Notes under the pieces: model-generated
What the model was told of the DNA's origin: nothing
Databases searched by the model: none
What the model saw: the letters and a program-made list of their open reading frames with translations, nothing else
Translations under genes and position numbers: made by a program
Part shown: piece by piece, positions 49,201-50,226 of the stretch
Numbering within the stretch: the first letter of the stretch is position 1
How the letters are laid out: every line of letters starts with the position of its first letter
Assembly: GCF_001194135.2 (NCBI RefSeq)
Contig: NC_068981.1
Span: forward strand, 127,313,846-127,364,071
DNA: 50,226 bases
Direction: 5' to 3'
DNA from: Octopus bimaculoides
Lineage: Eukaryota

Positions 49201-49928
49201 AAAGCTCCACGAGGCTCCGGCAGGGGATGGTGGCAAACCCTGCTGTACTCTTTCACCACAACTTTCTCTCACTCTTACTTCCTGTTTTTGTTGTGCCTGT
49301 AATTCAGAGGGTCATCCTTGTCACACTGTGTCACGCTGAATATCCCTGAGAACTATGTTAAGGGTACACGTGTCTGTGGAGTGCTCAGCCACTTGCACGT
49401 TAATTTCACGAGCAGGCTGTTCCGTTGATCGGATCAACTGGAACCCTCGACGTCGTAAGCGACGGAGTGCCAACAACAACAATTTACTATATTGATCTCT
49501 TTTAGCCAAAATGCTTAGTTATGGGGATGTAAGCAAACTAAAACTAATTGTCAAGTGGTGGGATGACAAACACAAGCACATGAACAACACAAACCAATGA
49601 TAGGCTTCTACATAGTTACTTTCTATCAAATTTATTCCTAAGGCATTTGTTGGCTGAGGACTGTAGTAGTAGGAGACATATTGCCTTATACATTTATATT
49701 ATTTTATGAATTCAATAAGTACTTTAATTTTTTTTTTCCATTCATTTCTTTCAGGTCAACTTGAGGGCTCCTAACAGAGAAAAGGTTCGTCAGAGGGTAG
49801 AAACTAATATCACAAGGAATATGTTTGATGATGCTCAGAAGGAGATCTTTGATTTCATGCAGCGGGACACCTACCAGCGGTTCTTGAAATCAGACATGTA
49901 TTTAAGCACTTGCAAGTCATCTAGCTAG
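24349..49928 (+). CDS. Regulator of G-protein signalling protein (R4/RGS3-like), spliced CDS join(24349..25047,45280..45404,46727..46866,47578..47741,49755..49928), 5'-partial
   Basis: All five exons have AG/GT boundaries and compatible phases (0|0, 2|2, 1|1, 0|0), giving an open 433-aa product. It ends in a complete RGS box: ...KWGKSFEALIRDKDGLEIFRKYMRSEFSDENIDFWWAVEDYR...KANIIFKTFVAKSAARAVNLRAPNREKV...MFDDAQKEIFDFMQRDTYQRFLKSDMY. The subfamily assignment rests on the upstream basic amphipathic segment NLAWNVKRRLHFLRRHHTDS and is less certain than the RGS call. Confidence 0.9.
27285..27552. mobile_element. hAT (Charlie/MER5-like) MITE
   Basis: Degenerate TIRs cagtggtttccaacttt / aaggttgagagtcactg. 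Confidence 0.45.
27740..27926. repeat. About 190-bp imperfect palindrome (foldback/MITE-like)
   Basis: Perfect 17-bp core agaaagttaccattagt (27792-27808) / actaatggtaactttct (27853-27869), outer gtagtatatc/gatatactac, inner gcactttggc/gccaagtgc. Confidence 0.8.
28467..28525. repeat. Perfect 21-bp inverted repeat, 17-nt loop
   Basis: gtctggttttcatgtttttta / taaaaaacatgaaaaccagac. Confidence 0.9.
28642..28807. repeat. About 75-bp-arm palindrome, 13-nt loop
   Basis: ttataggtataaatataccataaacaattatataaaaatggaggagaaaaagatg...caaaattagatttaatg (28642-28719) versus cattaaatctaattttgatgcatctttttctcctccatttttatataattgtttatggtatatttatacttataa (28733-28807); one small indel plus few mismatches. Confidence 0.95.
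30112..30430. repeat. Degenerate (ACT)n/(ATT)n low-complexity tract
   Basis: Repeated tactactac/actacaact/attattagt runs following a SINE tail. Confidence 0.75.
30956..31160. repeat. Opposed (GA)n and (CT)n microsatellites
   Basis: (GA)n at about 30956-30986, (CT)n at about 31075-31110, then (TA)n. Confidence 0.85.
31791..31833. repeat. (TG)n microsatellite (others at 7465-7489, 37665-37703, 50005-50025)
   Basis: Directly visible. Confidence 0.95.
32230..32850 (-). pseudogene. Tigger/pogo-family transposase relic (C-terminal half)
   Basis: KVCYQRTSEKFIKAIDGKNKSTVRYFWKKFNIMDTVNNI and VETNMVELLGSQRETLSNEQLM resemble Tigger motifs (KAYY.R..F..L...D......V.EFWK.FNI.DA..NI; V.ELL.SH.E.LSNE.L). 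Confidence 0.7.
33040..33640 (-). mobile_element. RTE-type LINE APE endonuclease relic
   Basis: IVSARFNTERKLIAVIQVYAPTNN...KSSIFPHNKIY matches the RTE endonuclease motifs IIQVYAPT and T.FPHK.IHK. Confidence 0.8.
34194..34403. mobile_element. piggyBac-type MITE (210 bp)
   Basis: TTAA|ccctttagcatttaga ... tttaaatgtgaaaggg|TTAA, giving a TTAA target duplication and CCC/GGG ends. Confidence 0.75.
34770..35092 (-). mobile_element. RTE-type LINE 3' end, 5'-truncated
   Basis: Minus strand QVKSLLLCIEKS*LQYYRHVIRMSQERITK*ILQTKPTSRKP..GRPRMKWLDN, similar to RTE LRWYGHV.RM...R......GRPR..W.D. Confidence 0.7.
35701..35911 (+). mobile_element. SINE family A, full length
   Basis: aggcggcaaactggtagaattgttagc...gagttcaaattcc...aataagtaccagt...ccttgtgccaaaatttgaaa. 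Confidence 0.85.
36968..37200 (+). mobile_element. Helitron-like non-autonomous element 5' end
   Basis: a|TCtatatacataaagatgagaatgtgtcagtctgtatgtctg...aactacacaaccgatttcattcaaattttacac resembles non-autonomous Helitron 5' ends; no 3' end found. Confidence 0.4.
37285..37475 (-). mobile_element. Penelope terminal-repeat-like fragment
   Basis: The minus strand has gaagagc-gtag-gctc-GAAAtgtt (hammerhead-like stem II plus GAAA), between (TA)n tracts. Confidence 0.4.
37702..38065 (+). mobile_element. SINE family B, near full length
   Basis: gtggctgtgtggtaagaa...ggttcagtcccac...accaaagccttgtaagtgaatt...gaataagtaccagg...ggggtcaattcatttgac. Confidence 0.8.
38095..38943 (+). mobile_element. Putative non-autonomous Helitron-like element with internal tandem duplication
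   Basis: 5' a|TCtatataaaag...aaaactattgcacctatcctaatgaaatttgg; diverged internal repeats (aaaattactgaatggatcc at about 38243 and 38602); possible CTAG 3' end at 38940-38943. Confidence 0.4.
40250..41130 (-). mobile_element. Highly degenerate non-LTR reverse transcriptase relic
   Basis: LYTSTAGKITLQ...IVEELVNESQFCFQ (L.S..GK....ESQ.GFR), MGVFQ..DTMS (G..QG..LS), IAEKYAGLQTVKLGPE; many stops and frameshifts. Confidence 0.55.
41750..43460 (-). pseudogene. hAT-superfamily transposase relic (hATm-like)
   Basis: Minus-strand motifs in correct order: KFSISFVEYT, KLSEFNLDLEKSIMTVVIDGA, (R)WNSLFTMLE(R)F with Arg codons changed to TGA, LGFTDDDFNTLHAVASA, and a dimerisation-domain-like TIHPDPNEAEIAIPAVGSFITKLQS (cf. 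SVEAERAFS..G...TKLRS). Confidence 0.8.
42729..42913 (+). mobile_element. Mariner-derived MITE fragment inserted in the hAT relic
   Basis: TA|ttgggttggtacataattattgcggc is a mariner-type ITR. The internal RLPSKWEAVIEVDGEY*-like segment matches the mariner transposase C-terminus and is flanked by taacaaaaacatctttaaatga / tcatttaaagatgtttttgtta. Confidence 0.75.
43757..44001 (+). mobile_element. Two tandem 3' halves of SINE family A
   Basis: gcctttcatc...gataaattaagtaccagt...gccttgtgc...agaaaggatt, twice. Confidence 0.8.
44190..44540 (+). mobile_element. SINE family B
   Basis: aaccacttggttcgggttcagtcccactgc...aaagccttgtgagg...gtactagggtctattcatttgac...ttcaatgactgaaacaaat. Confidence 0.75.
44790..45116 (-). 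mobile_element. Retroelement 3'-end-like repeat with internal 77-bp duplication
   Basis: Shares tttctacagc(c/t)(a/g)gatgccctt with 34495-34520; 77-bp copies at 44924-45000 and 45039-45115. Confidence 0.6.
45280..45404 (+). CDS. RGS gene: linker exon (SEKLLCENK...KPKSRN/L)
   Basis: Acceptor ttttgtccttgcag|TCT and donor AATTT|gtaagt; 125 nt, phase 0 to 2. It supplies the TT that completes TTA (Leu) with the first A of exon 46727, exactly resolving the frame. Confidence 0.85.
45440..46490. mobile_element. Penelope-like terminal sequences flanking an N gap
   Basis: 45520-45660 is homologous to the reverse complement of 12066-12183. 46270-46490 has on the minus strand ggctgg...ccagccGAAAttgcaa...CTGAGGA. 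Continuity across the gap is unproven. Confidence 0.4.
45749..46240. other. Assembly gap (largest of nine: 9971-10103, 11183-11226, 12184-12480, 15223-15529, 20355-20364, 37608-37617, 38344-38422, 44586-44789, 45749-46240)
   Basis: Runs of N. Confidence 1.
46727..46866 (+). CDS. RGS gene: amphipathic helix and start of RGS box
   Basis: Acceptor tctttattcttcag|A and donor AAAG|gtttgt; encodes AWNVKRRLHFLRRHHTDSSLTEKFPKIDMVNAAKWGKSFEALIRDK. The other two frames contain stops. Confidence 0.9.
47578..47741 (+). CDS. RGS gene: RGS box core exon
   Basis: Acceptor ttttcttttatag|AT and donor GCT|gtaagt; encodes (D)GLEIFRKYMRSEFSDENIDFWWAVEDYRMASESELEKKANIIFKTFVAKSAARA, matching the RGS signature F..FL.SEFSEENI.FW. 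Confidence 0.95.
48085..48255 (+). mobile_element. SINE family A (internally deleted)
   Basis: gagatggctgaatcattaacacactaggcaaaatgctt...gagttcaaatt...gctggccttgtgccaaaatttgaaacc. Confidence 0.75.
49095..49483 (+). mobile_element. tRNA-derived SINE family C with perfect 11-bp TSD, nested in a family B SINE
   Basis: TSD ttactatattg at 49084-49094 and 49484-49494; tRNA-like head and (ACA)n tail. The flanks continue a minus-strand family B copy (about 48995-49690). Confidence 0.9.
49755..49928 (+). CDS. RGS gene: terminal coding exon
   Basis: Acceptor ttcatttctttcag|GTC; encodes VNLRAPNREKVRQRVETNITRNMFDDAQKEIFDFMQRDTYQRFLKSDMYLSTCKSSS with TAG at 49926-49928, matching the RGS C-terminal consensus (VN.D...FD.AQ..I..LM..DSY.RFL.S). 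Confidence 0.95.
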   Translation, partial: VNLRAPNREKVRQRVETNITRNMFDDAQKEIFDFMQRDTYQRFLKSDMYLSTCKSSS

Positions 49929-49995
49929 TCATTTATTATGATTCATAAACTAACTGAATGCACAAAACTGCTTCTTGTAAACTATTTCTATCCCT

Positions 49996-50026
<31 letters not shown>

Positions 50027-50226
50027 CCACACACACAAAGAAATACCTACTATCTCTACCACGCCTCTGTATTTCATGCACCCCAATTTCTCCCCCCCCC
50101 CTCTCTTCTCTCTCTCTATCTCTGGTCCCTTTCTATTGCACCTATCACTGTTGAGCACAGATTATTGCATAACTCTCAGTTCTAAGGTTTCTGTGACTTG
50201 TATTTTCCAATATGTTATTATTATTA

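Noticed and set aside
49929-50226. 3'UTR / polyadenylation site of the RGS gene
   Set aside because: No AATAAA is visible before the window ends, so the 3' end cannot be placed.

Overview
AT-rich eukaryotic draft-assembly DNA with nine N gaps, many microsatellites and dense tRNA-derived SINEs. The repeat families look like those I associate with octopus/cephalopod genomes; this is inference from memory, not a database result. The only well-supported host gene is a + strand regulator of G-protein signalling (RGS; R4/RGS3-like architecture). I reconstructed it as five phase-compatible coding exons: 24349-25047, 45280-45404, 46727-46866, 47578-47741 and 49755-49928 (1302 nt, 433 codons plus stop, 5'-incomplete). 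Candidate upstream exons lie at 9214-9336 and 18452-18508. The rest is intron or flank filled with transposon relics: RTE and CR1/Jockey-like LINE fragments, Penelope-like fragments, hAT and Tigger transposase pseudogenes, a mariner MITE nested in the hAT, Charlie- and piggyBac-type MITEs, Helitron-like ends and at least four SINE families. The best leads are: a CpG-retaining island inside the 20-kb intron that may be an internal promoter for a short RGS isoform; loss of both acidic residues flanking the conserved RGS Asn; long intronic palindromes sharing an AAAATGGAGG terminus motif; and degenerate hammerhead-like motifs. I found no proven new biological system; these are hypotheses. Most repeat boundaries are approximate, and alignments and translations were done by eye.
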